Source: Rhizobacter sp.
GTDB taxonomy: Bacteria > Pseudomonadota > Gammaproteobacteria > Burkholderiales > Burkholderiaceae_C
Direction of reading: 5' to 3'
Assembly (NCBI GenBank): GCA_018780185.1
Contig: JADMJX010000078.1
Location: 1,007-65,006 of the forward strand
Length of the DNA stretch: 64,000 bases
This document shows positions 40,162 through 50,098 of the stretch, one piece after another; the first letter of the stretch is position 1, and every line of letters starts with the position of its first letter. Under the pieces are notes generated by a model, which was not told where the DNA came from, made no database searches, and saw nothing but the letters and a program-made list of their open reading frames with translations. A program made the translations under genes and the position numbers.

Positions 40162-41355
40162 ATGAACGTTCTCCGTTTTGAAGACCTCGTGGCCCGTGGC
40201 CAAGCCACCGGCAAGCGCGTGTTCATCCGCGCCGACCTCAACGTGCCGCTCGACGACGCCGGGCACATCACCGAAGACACGCGCATCCGTGCGTCCATTC
40301 CCTGCATCGAGCTGGCGCTGAAAGCCGGTGCGGCGGTGATGGTCACCTCGCACCTGGGTCGTCCCACCGAGGGTGAGTTCAAGCCCGAAGATTCGCTGGC
40401 GCCTGTTGCCCGCCGCATGGGCGAGCTGATGGGCCGCGAGATTCCGGTGGTGGCCAACTGGGTCGACGGTGTGACCGTCGCCCCCGGCTCGCTCGTGATG
40501 CTGGAAAACTGCCGCGTCAACAAGGGCGAGAAAAAGAACAACGAAGAACTCGCGAAGAAGATGGCCGCGCTGTGCGACATCTTCGTGCACGACGCCTTCG
40601 GCACCGCGCACCGCGCCGAAGCTTCCACCTACGGCATCGCGCAGTTCGCCAAGGTGGCCTGCGCCGGCCCGCTGCTGGCGGCCGAGATCGATGCCATCAC
40701 CAAGGCGTTGGCCAACCCGAAGCGCCCGCTGGTTGCCATCGTGGCGGGCAGCAAGGTCAGCACCAAGCTGACCATTCTTCAGGCGCTGGCCAAGAACGTC
40801 GACCAGCTCATCGTCGGCGGTGGCATTGCCAATACCTTCCTTCTGGCCGCCGGCCTGCCCATCGGCAAGTCGCTCGCCGAGGCCGACCTGGTGAACGAAG
40901 CCAAGGCGGTGATCGAGGCGATGAAGGCGCGTGGCGCGGCCGTGCCCATCCCGACCGACGTGGTCACTGCCAAGACGTTTGCCGCCGACGCACCCGCCAC
41001 GGTGAAAGCCGCAGCCGATGTGGCCGCGGACGACCTCATCCTCGACATCGGCCCGAAGACCTCGGCTCTGCTCGCCGACATGCTGAAGAAGGCGGGCACC
41101 ATCGTCTGGAACGGCCCGGTCGGCGTGTTCGAGTTCGACGCCTTTGCCCACGGCACCGAAACGCTGGCGCGCGCCATTGCCGAGTCGAGCGCGTTCAGCA
41201 TTGCGGGTGGCGGTGACACGCTCGCGGCGATCGCCAAATACGGCATCGACAAGGACGTTGGCTACATCTCCACCGGCGGCGGCGCCTTTCTTGAAGTGCT
41301 GGAGGGCAAGACCCTGCCCGCCTTCGAAATCCTGCAAAAGCGCGCGCAAGGCTGA
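40162..41355 (+). CDS. pgk: Phosphoglycerate kinase
   Basis: 397 aa; [16 protein letters not shown]-terminal STGGGAFLE. Confidence 0.97.
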   Translation: MNVLRFEDLVARGQATGKRVFIRADLNVPLDDAGHITEDTRIRASIPCIELALKAGAAVMVTSHLGRPTEGEFKPEDSLAPVARRMGELMGREIPVVANWVDGVTVAPGSLVMLENCRVNKGEKKNNEELAKKMAALCDIFVHDAFGTAHRAEASTYGIAQFAKVACAGPLLAAEIDAITKALANPKRPLVAIVAGSKVSTKLTILQALAKNVDQLIVGGGIANTFLLAAGLPIGKSLAEADLVNEAKAVIEAMKARGAAVPIPTDVVTAKTFAADAPATVKAAADVAADDLILDIGPKTSALLADMLKKAGTIVWNGPVGVFEFDAFAHGTETLARAIAESSAFSIAGGGDTLAAIAKYGIDKDVGYISTGGGAFLEVLEGKTLPAFEILQKRAQG

Positions 41356-41401
41356 GAGACACTCGCTTCGACACAACAAGAACGCAAGAACGGAACCCAC
41401 C

Positions 41402-42832
41402 ATGCCCCGCGCCACCAAGATCGTTGCCACCCTCGGCCCTGCGTCCAGCTCACCCGAGGTGCTCGCGCAGATGATCCGCGCGGGGGTCGACGTGGTGCGG
41501 CTCAACTTCTCGCACGGCAAGGCGCAAGACCACATCGACCGTGCGCTGCTGGTGCGCGAGGTGGCCAAGTCGGTGGGCAAGGAGGTCGCCATCATGGCCG
41601 ACCTGCAGGGCCCGAAGATCCGCGTCGGCAAGTTCGAAGGTGGCAAGACCATCATCGAAGCGGGTCAGAAGTTCATCCTCGATGGCGCCACCAAAGAGCT
41701 CGGCACCAACGAACGCGTGGGTCTCGACTACAAGGAGCTGCCACGCGACGTGCGACCTGGCGACACGCTGCTGCTCAACGATGGCCTGCTCAGGCTGACC
41801 GTCGATGCGGTCAGGGGTGAAGAGGTGCACACCACGGTGGTGATCGGTGGCGAGCTGTCCAACAACAAGGGCATCAACAAGGCCGGTGGCGGCCTCACCG
41901 CGCCGGCGCTGACCGCCAAGGACATGGACGACATCAAGACCGCGATGAGCTTCCAGTGCGAGTACCTGGCGGTGAGCTTCCCGAAGAACGCGACCGACAT
42001 GGAAATGGCCCGCCAACTGGCCAACGTGGCCGGCGAACCCTGGCGCCACAAACCCGCGTTGATCGCCAAGATCGAACGCAGCGAGGCCATTCCGGTGCTG
42101 GAGTCGATCATCAAGGCGAGCGACGGCATCATGGTCGCGCGCGGTGACCTGGCCGTCGAGGTGGGCAACGCGGCCGTGCCGGCGCTGCAAAAACGCATGA
42201 TCAAGATGGCGCGTGAGTTGGATCGCGTGGTCATTACCGCCACCCAGATGATGGAGTCGATGATCGTCAACCCGGTGCCCACACGCGCCGAGGTGAGCGA
42301 CGTGGCCAACGCCGTGCTCGACGGCACCGACGCCGTGATGCTCAGCGCCGAAACCGCCGCCGGCAAGTACCCGGTGGAGACGGTCGAGATGATGGCCAGC
42401 ATCTGCGTCGAGGCCGAAGCGGCCGAGGAGATTGCGCTCGACGCCGGCTTCACCAACAAGAAGTTCGGCCGCATCGACCAGTCGATCGCGATGGGCGCCT
42501 TGTTCACGGCGTACCACCTGGGCTGCAAGGCCATCCTTGCGCTCACCGAATCGGGCTCGACCGCGCTGTGGATGAGCCGGCACCGCATCCACGTGCCCAT
42601 CTTCGGCCTCACCTCGCAGATCACCAGCCAGCGCCGCATGACGCTGTACCGCAACGTGCAGCCGCTCTTGATGCCCAACTTCAGCGACCGCGACGAGGCG
42701 CTGAAACACGCCGAGGCGCTGCTGGTCAGCAAGGGTGTGTTGAAGCCCGGCGACACCTACGCCATCACCTGCGGCGAGCCCATGGGCTACCCGGGTGGTA
42801 CGAACATGTTGAAAGTTTGTTTGGTCGGCTGA
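41402..42832 (+). CDS. pyk: Pyruvate kinase
   Basis: MPRATKIVATLGPAS start at an internal ATG of ORF 41144-42832; MVARGDLAVE motif; 476 aa. Confidence 0.96.
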   Translation: MPRATKIVATLGPASSSPEVLAQMIRAGVDVVRLNFSHGKAQDHIDRALLVREVAKSVGKEVAIMADLQGPKIRVGKFEGGKTIIEAGQKFILDGATKELGTNERVGLDYKELPRDVRPGDTLLLNDGLLRLTVDAVRGEEVHTTVVIGGELSNNKGINKAGGGLTAPALTAKDMDDIKTAMSFQCEYLAVSFPKNATDMEMARQLANVAGEPWRHKPALIAKIERSEAIPVLESIIKASDGIMVARGDLAVEVGNAAVPALQKRMIKMARELDRVVITATQMMESMIVNPVPTRAEVSDVANAVLDGTDAVMLSAETAAGKYPVETVEMMASICVEAEAAEEIALDAGFTNKKFGRIDQSIAMGALFTAYHLGCKAILALTESGSTALWMSRHRIHVPIFGLTSQITSQRRMTLYRNVQPLLMPNFSDRDEALKHAEALLVSKGVLKPGDTYAITCGEPMGYPGGTNMLKVCLVG

Positions 42833-42839
42833 GACAGCC

Positions 42840-44045
42840 ATGTCGCTGACGCTGGATCACATCCGTGCCGCCGCCCAGCGGCTTGCCGGGCACGTGCTCG
42901 AAACGCCTTGCCTGCGCTCGCGCACCCTCGGCGAGATCATCGGCTGCGAGGTGTTCCTCAAGTTCGAAAACCTGCAGTTCACCTCGTCGTTCAAGGAGCG
43001 CGGGGCGCTCAACAAGCTCGCGCAACTGACCGATGAAGAGCGTCAGCGCGGGGTGCTTGCGGTGTCGGCGGGCAACCATGCACAAGGCGTGGCCTACCAC
43101 GCGCAGCGCCTGGGCATCCCGGCGACCATCGTGATGCCGCGGTTCGCGGCGCCGGTGAAGGTGGCCAACACCCGCGGGTTTGGAGCCGAGGTGGTGCTGC
43201 AGGGCGACACCTTCGACGACGCCCGTGCGTTCGGGCTGCAGTTGGCGCGCGATAGAAAGCTCACGCTGATCCACCCCTACGACGACCTCGACGTGATGGC
43301 TGGCCAAGGCACCATCGGGCTGGAGATGCTGGCGCAGCAGCCGTCGATCGACACGCTGGTGGTGGCCATTGGCGGCGGCGGCCTGATCAGTGGTGTGGCA
43401 TCGGCGGCGCGTGCGCTCAAGCCCGGCATCGAAGTGATCGGCGTGCAGACCGAGCGGTTCCCCGCGGCCTGGAATGCCAGGCATGGCCAGAACCTGCCGG
43501 TTCAACAGGCCACGATCGCCGACGGCATCGGCGTCAAGGCGCCCGGAGCGCTGACGCTGCCCGTGATCCAGCAGCAGGTGAACGACGTGCTGCTGGTGGG
43601 CGAAGACGACATCGAGCAGGCGATTCTGATGCTGCTCGAAATCGAAAAAACCGTGGTCGAGGGTGCGGGCGCCGTCGGCCTGGCGGCGCTGAAGAAACAC
43701 CGCGAGCGCTTTGCGGGCCGCAAGGTGGGCCTGATCCTGTGCGGCGGCAACATCGAGCCACTGGTGCTGGCCGAGATCATCGAACGCGGCATGGTCAAGT
43801 CGGGCCGCCTGGCGCGGTTGCGCTTTGACGTGCGCGACATCCCGGGCGCGCTGGCCGACGTGGCCACGCTGCTCGGCAAGCTCGGCGCCAACATCGACGA
43901 GGTGCAGCACCAGCGGGCGTTCAGCTCGGTCTCGGTGGAGCGCGTTCAGATCGAGGTGGTGGTGCACACGCGGGGCGTGGAGCACATCGAGGAGATTTTG
44001 TCGGCGATGCGCGCAGCGGGTTACCGCGCGGAGCGCATCGGGTAG
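42840..44045 (+). CDS. Threonine ammonia-lyase (threonine dehydratase, short form with one ACT-like domain)
   Basis: PLP-lysine motif FTSSFKERGA, GGGGLISG loop, 401 aa. Confidence 0.88.
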   Translation: MSLTLDHIRAAAQRLAGHVLETPCLRSRTLGEIIGCEVFLKFENLQFTSSFKERGALNKLAQLTDEERQRGVLAVSAGNHAQGVAYHAQRLGIPATIVMPRFAAPVKVANTRGFGAEVVLQGDTFDDARAFGLQLARDRKLTLIHPYDDLDVMAGQGTIGLEMLAQQPSIDTLVVAIGGGGLISGVASAARALKPGIEVIGVQTERFPAAWNARHGQNLPVQQATIADGIGVKAPGALTLPVIQQQVNDVLLVGEDDIEQAILMLLEIEKTVVEGAGAVGLAALKKHRERFAGRKVGLILCGGNIEPLVLAEIIERGMVKSGRLARLRFDVRDIPGALADVATLLGKLGANIDEVQHQRAFSSVSVERVQIEVVVHTRGVEHIEEILSAMRAAGYRAERIG

Positions 44046-44050
44046 AGCCT

Positions 44051-44076
44051 GTCATTCCCGCCTTCGCGGGAATGAC
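44051..44076. terminator. Perfect 11-bp hairpin between convergent genes (terminator or REP-like element, no U-tract)
   Basis: GTCATTCCCGC-CTTC-GCGGGAATGAC, 6 nt after the threonine dehydratase stop and 8 nt from the stop of the minus-strand gene. Confidence 0.4.
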
Positions 44077-44083
44077 GCGGGTG

Positions 44084-45106
44084 TCAGTCGCCGCGCCGCA
44101 CGCTCTCGACCATCGCGGCCACCGAGGCCGACATGTTCAAGGGCACCAGATCCACCTCGCCCAACTCGGGCGACATCACGCGAAATAACTCGTCGGCGAA
44201 GCTGTGGCCGATGTTCGTCACGCCGTCGAAGTCAATCTCTGCCCGACGAAACGCATTCAAGCGCGCCGCGACACGCCGCGCCTGGGCGCGCGAGTCCAGC
44301 CCCGCCAGTGGCGAGGCCATCAAACGCAGAGGCACCACGGTGCGCTCGAAACCGAAACCCACGCCATCGAGACTGTGCGCATGCAGCACCGTCTCCAGCG
44401 TGCGTGTCGTGTCCAGCGCGATCGCGGCATAGACCGAGGTGCCCTGGTGCTTGAGCGCGCGCCCCGGGCGCCAGCCATTGCCTTCCCATTCGCGGTGCTG
44501 AAAGGCGGTGTCATTGGCGTGCAGGTCGAACACGTCGGCCAGGCGCGAGGTGAAGAACAGGCCACGCCCGGCATGGCGTGCCGGCTGGCTGGTCAGCTTG
44601 CCCTTGCTCAGCTCCAGCATGGCCATCACCGGGTCGGCCAGCGAGAACGAGCGCGAGAGCTGGTCGAACACGCCGCAGCCGTCGTCTGACACCAACAGCT
44701 GCACGTGGCTGGGCGTCTGGCGCAGCGACACGGTGACGCTGGTGCCACCGCTGTGGTCGATGGCGTTGTTGAGCAGTTCGCCAAAGGCGTGCTGTGTCAT
44801 CCGTTGCACTGCGCTCGGCAAGGCGAACAAGGGGGCGAAGTCGCGCGACCAGGGCAGGTCTTCCTGCAAGCCGTCGAGCGCGTAACGCTGGACCACCTGG
44901 CGCAACAGGCCGGGACGGAAATGCGGGCGGCGAGCGCTGCCTTCGCGCTGCAACCAGCCGAGTTGCGTCAGGCGCTGCAGCGCTTTCTGGATGGTGCCGC
45001 GGCTCATGCCGGTGGACTGCACCAGATGGCTGGCCAGGTCGTGCGGATGCTGCACCGCGGCGGCGGTGATGTGCAGCGTCAAAGCGTTCAGGTCGAGTCG
45101 TGCCAT
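44084..45106 (-). CDS. wHTH + GHKL/anti-sigma-type ATPase + STAS-like (DUF4325-type) fusion protein, function unknown
   Basis: N-terminal HTH-like STGMSRGTIQKALQRLTQLGWL; ATPase N-box FGELLNNAIDHS, G1 VSDDGCGVF, G2 GRGLFF; C-terminal AEIDFDGVTNIGHSFADELF. Start set at ATG 45106 because the 53-codon upstream extension has atypical A/T-ending codons. Confidence 0.7.
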   Translation of the reverse strand: MARLDLNALTLHITAAAVQHPHDLASHLVQSTGMSRGTIQKALQRLTQLGWLQREGSARRPHFRPGLLRQVVQRYALDGLQEDLPWSRDFAPLFALPSAVQRMTQHAFGELLNNAIDHSGGTSVTVSLRQTPSHVQLLVSDDGCGVFDQLSRSFSLADPVMAMLELSKGKLTSQPARHAGRGLFFTSRLADVFDLHANDTAFQHREWEGNGWRPGRALKHQGTSVYAAIALDTTRTLETVLHAHSLDGVGFGFERTVVPLRLMASPLAGLDSRAQARRVAARLNAFRRAEIDFDGVTNIGHSFADELFRVMSPELGEVDLVPLNMSASVAAMVESVRRGD

Positions 45107-45351
45107 GGCGGGTGTTCCGTCTCTTTGCGGAGCTTCAGTGTCGGCCTCGGGAGTTGCTTGTGAAGTGAGAAAAGCGGCCGGTTCCTGGCCCATTTGCGAC
45201 GATCCCCCAGAGGGCGGGGGTTGCCCCCCAGACGCGGGAGACCCGGTGTTCTGGCGGGTTTTCACGGGGGTGCGTCGCTACAATCGCAGGAGTTTCAGAG
45301 CGGTTTCTTGCCGCCTGCGCCGCCCGCTTTCATCACTTCCCGGACACGACC

Positions 45352-46416
45352 ATGCCACTCGTTTCAATGCGCCAGCTGCTGGACCACGCCGCCGAACACG
45401 GCTATGGCATTCCGGCGTTCAACGTCAACAACCTGGAGCAGGTGCAGGCCGTGATGCAGGCGGCCGATGAAACCGGCGCCCCGGTGATCCTGCAAGCCAG
45501 TGCCGGCGCCCGCAAGTACGCTGGCGAGTCTTTCATCAAGCACCTGATCCTGGCGGCCACCGAGCAGTACCCGCACATCCCGCTGGTGATGCACCAGGAC
45601 CACGGCCAGAACCCCGATGTGTGCCAAGGCGCCATCAACCTCGGATTCAGCTCGGTGATGATGGACGGCTCGCTCGAAGCCGACGGCAAGACCATCGCCA
45701 GCTACGACTACAACGTCGACGTGACGAAGAAGGTCGTCGACATGGCACACAAGCTGGGCGTCACCGTCGAAGGCGAACTCGGCTGCCTGGGCTCGCTCGA
45801 GACCATGAAGGGCGACAAGGAAGACGGCCACGGCACCGACGCCACCATGACGCGCGAGCAACTGCTGACCGACCCCGAGCAAGCCGCCGACTTCGTGAAG
45901 CGCACCCAGCTCGACGCGCTGGCGATTGCCATCGGCACCAGCCACGGCGCCTACAAGTTCACGCGCAAGCCCACCGGCGATATCCTCGCCATCGACCGCA
46001 TCAAAGAGATCAACAAGCGCATCCCCAACACCCACCTGGTGATGCACGGCTCGTCGAGCGTGCCGCAAGAGCTGCTGGCGATCATTCGCCAGTACGGCGG
46101 CAACATGAAAGAGACCTACGGTGTGCCGGTCGAAGAGATCCAGCACGCGATCAAGTTCGGCGTGCGCAAGATCAACATCGACACCGACATCCGCCTCGCG
46201 ATGACCGGCGCGGTGCGCAAGTTCCTGGCCGAGAACCCCGACAAGTTCGATGCCCGCGAGTGGCTCAAGCCCGCTCGCGAGGCTGCCAAGGCGATCTGCA
46301 AGCAGCGCTACATCGAGTTCAACTGCGAAGGCCAAGGCGGCAAGATCAAGCCGCAGAGCCTGGTGCAGGTGGCTCAGCGGTATGCCAAGGGTGAACTGGC
46401 ACAGACTGTTGTCTGA
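45352..46416 (+). CDS. fba: Fructose-bisphosphate aldolase, class II
   Basis: [27 protein letters not shown] start; 354 aa class II (FbaA/CbbA-type). Confidence 0.96.
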   Translation: MPLVSMRQLLDHAAEHGYGIPAFNVNNLEQVQAVMQAADETGAPVILQASAGARKYAGESFIKHLILAATEQYPHIPLVMHQDHGQNPDVCQGAINLGFSSVMMDGSLEADGKTIASYDYNVDVTKKVVDMAHKLGVTVEGELGCLGSLETMKGDKEDGHGTDATMTREQLLTDPEQAADFVKRTQLDALAIAIGTSHGAYKFTRKPTGDILAIDRIKEINKRIPNTHLVMHGSSSVPQELLAIIRQYGGNMKETYGVPVEEIQHAIKFGVRKINIDTDIRLAMTGAVRKFLAENPDKFDAREWLKPAREAAKAICKQRYIEFNCEGQGGKIKPQSLVQVAQRYAKGELAQTVV

Positions 46417-46505
46417 GGATGACGACCCCCACGTCGCTTCGCTCCTGCCCCCCGAGGGGGCGCAGCCCGGCTTCGGACGGCCGGGCGCCGGGCTGATTGG
46501 TCACC

Positions 46506-47411
46506 ATGACAGAACTACTGAACTCTTCTATTACCTCGCTGCCGCTCCTCGCGCGCGGCAAGGTGCGTGACAACTACGCGGTTGGCGACGACCGCATCCT
46601 GATGGTCGCGAGCGACCGCCTCAGCGCCTTCGACGTGATCATGGGCGAGCCGATCCCCGGCAAGGGCGCCCTGTTGACCGAGATGGCCTTGTTCTGGTTT
46701 GCCCACCTGCAAGGCATCGTGCCCAACCACCTGACCGGCGACGACCCGACCAGCGTGGTGGCGCCGGCCGAGCGCGAGCAGGTGCGCGGCCGCTCCATGC
46801 TGGTCAAGCGCTTGAAGCCCTTGCCGATCGAAGCGGTGGTGCGCGGCTACCTCGCCGGCAGCGGCTGGCAGGAGTACCAGCAGAGCCAGTCGGTGTGCGG
46901 CGTCAAGCTGCCTGCCGGTCTGAAGAACGCGAGCCGCCTGCCCGAACCCATCTTCACACCGGCCACCAAAGCCGAGATGGGTGACCACGACGAGAACATC
47001 TCGTTCGATCGCATGCAGCAGATCATCGGGGCTGATTTGGCCGAGCGGGTGCGCAGCACCGCGATCAAGCTCTACACGACGGCGGCGCAGATCGCGCTGG
47101 CCAAGGGCATCATCATTGCCGACACCAAGTTCGAGTTTGGCCTCGATGCCGACGGCACGCTGACGCTCATGGACGAAGTGCTCACGCCCGACTCTTCGCG
47201 CTTCTGGCCGATCGAAGGCTACGAGGCGGCATTCCGTGAAGGCCGCAACCCGCCGAGCTACGACAAGCAGTTCGTGCGCGACTGGCTGGAGCAGGCGCGT
47301 GTCAACGGCCAGCCCTGGAACAAGCAGGCACCGGCGCCGGCGCTGCCGCCCGAGGTGATCGAAAAGACCGCTGCAAAGTACCGCGAAGCGCTGCAACGCC
47401 TGACCACCTGA
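46506..47411 (+). CDS. purC: Phosphoribosylaminoimidazole-succinocarboxamide (SAICAR) synthase
   Basis: [19 protein letters not shown] motifs; first ATG (46506) chosen inside the track ORF that begins at TTG 46497. Confidence 0.94.
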   Translation: MTELLNSSITSLPLLARGKVRDNYAVGDDRILMVASDRLSAFDVIMGEPIPGKGALLTEMALFWFAHLQGIVPNHLTGDDPTSVVAPAEREQVRGRSMLVKRLKPLPIEAVVRGYLAGSGWQEYQQSQSVCGVKLPAGLKNASRLPEPIFTPATKAEMGDHDENISFDRMQQIIGADLAERVRSTAIKLYTTAAQIALAKGIIIADTKFEFGLDADGTLTLMDEVLTPDSSRFWPIEGYEAAFREGRNPPSYDKQFVRDWLEQARVNGQPWNKQAPAPALPPEVIEKTAAKYREALQRLTT

Positions 47412-47418
47412 GCGCGGC

Positions 47419-48519
47419 ATGAAATCGCGCCTGCTCAACAACCTCGACACCGCGATCGCCGCTGCCACGCAGCCCGTGCAGGCCGATTGCCTGCGGGCCG
47501 AGCGGGCGGGGTTGTTGGCACGGCAAGGCCAGATGGCTGAGGCGCGTGCCGTGCTGTCGGCGCTGCAGGCCCAGTACGCCCGGCAGCCCAATGTGTCGGT
47601 GAGCGCGTGGCTCAGCCTGGCTGAAGGTTTTGTGAGCTACTACAGCGACCTCAACCGCAACGCGCGCGACAAGATCAGCCGGGCCTACGCCCTCAGCGCA
47701 CCTGCGCGCGATACGCGCTTGCGTGCCCTGTCGGTGGCCTGGCTGGCGCACATGGACTATGTCGACCACGACCTCGAAGCCATGGTCCGCCACATCGGTG
47801 AGTGTTTCGAGTTGGCCGAGCCCGAGCACCATGCGGCGCGCGCCCGCGTCTGCCTGGTGGTGGCGCAGGCTTACCACTTCGGCGGGCGTTTCGACGCCGC
47901 CCAGCCCTGGTATGCCAAGACACGCCAACATGCCAACGCCGAGGGTGACGAGGCGATGCTGAGCGCCGTGATGCACAACATGGCCGGCCTGCTGGGCGAC
48001 GAGTCGCGGCAGACGGTGCTGCGTGGTGTGGAAGACGACAACGTCACACGCCGCGCCATGCTGGGCATCGAGTCCACCGGCAACTTCGACGCGCTGGTCG
48101 GCACTGGCTCGCTCGACGCGCTGGTGCCGCTGTTGCGCGCCCAGGTCAGCTCGCTGCAAGGCCGGTATGCCGAGGCCGTGGCCTTGTACGAGGCGCATTT
48201 CAGCGACGGGCTGTTGCAAGGCCTGGACCGCATGCGGGCCTGCCTGGGTGCCGATCTCGCATGGTGCCGCTTGCAACTGGGCCAGACCGAGCAGGCCTTG
48301 AAGGACGCACTGGCCGCTCAGGTGGCCGTGTCATACGACCGCGACGTGGACGACCGGGCGGCGGCCCACAGCCGCCTCGCGCTGGTGTTTGGTCAGTTGG
48401 GTCAGGCCGAGGCGGCCGCGCGCCACAAGACGCTGGCCGACATCGACTGGCACACCCACGAGCGCGATCAAGCGCTGATAGTGGCCTTGGTGGACAAGGC
48501 CCTGGCCAAGCTGCGCTGA
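47419..48519 (+). CDS. Hypothetical alpha-helical (TPR-like) protein
   Basis: 366 aa, Ala/Leu-rich helical repeats, native codon usage, 8 nt after the purC stop; no family recognised. Confidence 0.55.
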   Translation: MKSRLLNNLDTAIAAATQPVQADCLRAERAGLLARQGQMAEARAVLSALQAQYARQPNVSVSAWLSLAEGFVSYYSDLNRNARDKISRAYALSAPARDTRLRALSVAWLAHMDYVDHDLEAMVRHIGECFELAEPEHHAARARVCLVVAQAYHFGGRFDAAQPWYAKTRQHANAEGDEAMLSAVMHNMAGLLGDESRQTVLRGVEDDNVTRRAMLGIESTGNFDALVGTGSLDALVPLLRAQVSSLQGRYAEAVALYEAHFSDGLLQGLDRMRACLGADLAWCRLQLGQTEQALKDALAAQVAVSYDRDVDDRAAAHSRLALVFGQLGQAEAAARHKTLADIDWHTHERDQALIVALVDKALAKLR

Positions 48520-48570
48520 GAGAGCCTCCCCGGGGGGGCCGTCCGGCTTGGGGCGGCCCGGCGCCGTACT

Positions 48571-49512
48571 TCAGAACAGCGCCATGCTCAGCTTGCGCCG
48601 GTACTGGTCGACCACCGGGTCGGCCGGGGCGGTGTTCACCTTGCCCGCCACTTCGAGCGCGCCCTTGGGGGCTGCGGCTTCGGCCTTGGCGGGCGCGGGC
48701 TTGCCCATCAGCTCGAGGATCGCGACGTAGGTCTTGCGCGCCAACTCGCCATTCCAGGCCTTGTCGCGCATCACGATCTCCAACAGCTCGTCCATGGCCT
48801 GCGTGAACCGCTGGGCGGCGAAGTGGGTTTGCGCGAGCTCGAAGCGGGCGTCGAAATCACGCCGGTTGTCGGCGATCGCGGCAGCCAGCGCGTCTGGCGC
48901 GCGCGCGGATTCGGCCTTTTCACATGCAGCGATCCAATGGCCGGCAGCCGACAGGCGGGCGTCGAGCATCACCTTGCTCGCCACCGGCTCGAAGGCGCGG
49001 CGGGCTTCGGCCACGCGGCCGGCCGTGAGCAAGGCGCGCAGGTAGTCGTAGCGGGCGGTGTCGTTGCCCGGGTCGATGGCCACAGCTTCTTGCAGCTTCT
49101 CGAGCGCGCTTTCGGGGTCGCCTTCGGCCATCAGCTCTTCGGCCAGCGCCACCTCTTCTTCGGCAGCAGCTTCGTCGGCGCTGGGCACATGGCGGTCAAG
49201 GAACTCGCGCAGCTTTTCTTCGGGCAGGGCTCCGACAAAACCGTCGATCGGCTGGCCGCCCTTGAACAGCACGCAGAACGGGATGCTGCGTACCCCGAAC
49301 ATCTGCGACAGCTGGCCCGAGATCTCGGGCTGCTCGTCGGCGTTGAGCTTGGCCAGCTTGAAGCGACCGGCGTAGGAAACCTCCAGTTTCTCGAGGACCG
49401 GCGTGAGCGCCTTGCAGGGGCCACACCAGGGCGCCCAGATGTCGAGCAGCACCGGCTGCTGCAGCGACGCGTTGATCAGGTCGGCCTCGAAGTTTTGAAT
49501 CGTGATGTCCAT
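48571..49512 (-). CDS. Thioredoxin-domain + TPR co-chaperone (YbbN/CnoX-like)
   Basis: MDITIQNFEADLI...LLDIWAPWCGPCKAL thioredoxin domain, then TPR-like C-terminal half; internal ATG 49512 of ORF 48571-49578. Confidence 0.85.
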   Translation of the reverse strand: MDITIQNFEADLINASLQQPVLLDIWAPWCGPCKALTPVLEKLEVSYAGRFKLAKLNADEQPEISGQLSQMFGVRSIPFCVLFKGGQPIDGFVGALPEEKLREFLDRHVPSADEAAAEEEVALAEELMAEGDPESALEKLQEAVAIDPGNDTARYDYLRALLTAGRVAEARRAFEPVASKVMLDARLSAAGHWIAACEKAESARAPDALAAAIADNRRDFDARFELAQTHFAAQRFTQAMDELLEIVMRDKAWNGELARKTYVAILELMGKPAPAKAEAAAPKGALEVAGKVNTAPADPVVDQYRRKLSMALF

Positions 49513-49603
49513 CGTGTTCCGGCGGGTGTGGGGTAGGGCGTGAAGAGGGGACGTGATGCCGCCCCGCCTACAATTCAAGGTTCTTCAGCACTTGGAGCGA
49601 GCC

Positions 49604-50098
49604 TTGAGCAGCGCCCCCGTGGTTGGCGTGGTGATGGGGTCCAGCAGCGACTGGGAGACCCTGCGCCACGCGACCGAGATTCTCGCCGAGTTCGGTGTCC
49701 CCTTCGAGGCCCGGGTTGTGTCGGCGCATCGCATGCCCGACGACATGTTTGCCTACGCCGAAAGCGCGGCATCTCGTGGCCTGCGGGCGATCATCGCCGG
49801 TGCCGGCGGGGCGGCGCATCTGCCGGGCATGCTGGCCGCCAAGACGACGGTGCCGGTGCTGGGCGTGCCGGTGGCGAGCCGCCATCTGCAGGGCGTCGAT
49901 TCGCTGCACTCCATCGTGCAGATGCCCAAGGGCATTCCGGTCGCCACCTTTGCCATTGGCAACGCGGGTGCGGCCAATGCGGCGCTGTTTGCCGTGGCGA
50001 TGCTCGCCAACGAACAGCCGGCGCTGCGCGTCCAGTTGGAGGCTTACCGCGCCAAGCAGACCGAAGTGGCACGGGCGATGACTGCCGATCTGAAATGA
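49604..50098 (+). CDS. purE: N5-carboxyaminoimidazole ribonucleotide mutase
   Basis: [21 protein letters not shown] motifs. TTG 49604 (GGAG 6 nt upstream) gives about 164 aa; track ORF starts at GTG 49553, only 40 nt from the divergent gene and upstream of a TACAAT box (49569-49574). Confidence 0.85.
   Translation: MSSAPVVGVVMGSSSDWETLRHATEILAEFGVPFEARVVSAHRMPDDMFAYAESAASRGLRAIIAGAGGAAHLPGMLAAKTTVPVLGVPVASRHLQGVDSLHSIVQMPKGIPVATFAIGNAGAANAALFAVAMLANEQPALRVQLEAYRAKQTEVARAMTADLK

Noticed and set aside
45107-45265. A 53-codon N-terminal extension of the wHTH-ATPase ORF ([21 protein letters not shown]...).
   Set aside because: The extension is low-complexity and uses many A/T-ending codons (TCT, CAA, GGA, ACT, TCA, GCA, AGA, ACA), unlike the strongly G/C-ending body of the gene. 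ATG 45106 begins the structured wHTH region.
46417-46505. Two GC-rich hairpins after fba (GCCCCC-CGA-GGGGGC and GCCCGGC...GCCGGGC), and a similar GGGCCG...CGGCCC stem at 48519-48571, considered as possible terminators.
   Set aside because: The stems are short with no U-tracts. They are plausible transcript-end structures but not distinctive enough to annotate.
49553-49603. GTG 49553 or ATG 49556 as the purE start, as in the ORF track.
   Set aside because: That start would leave only 40 nt to the divergent ybbN-like gene and would place a TACAAT -10-like box (49569-49574) inside the coding region. TTG 49604 has GGAG at optimal spacing and gives the usual PurE length. This remains uncertain, so the ambiguity is noted in the feature.
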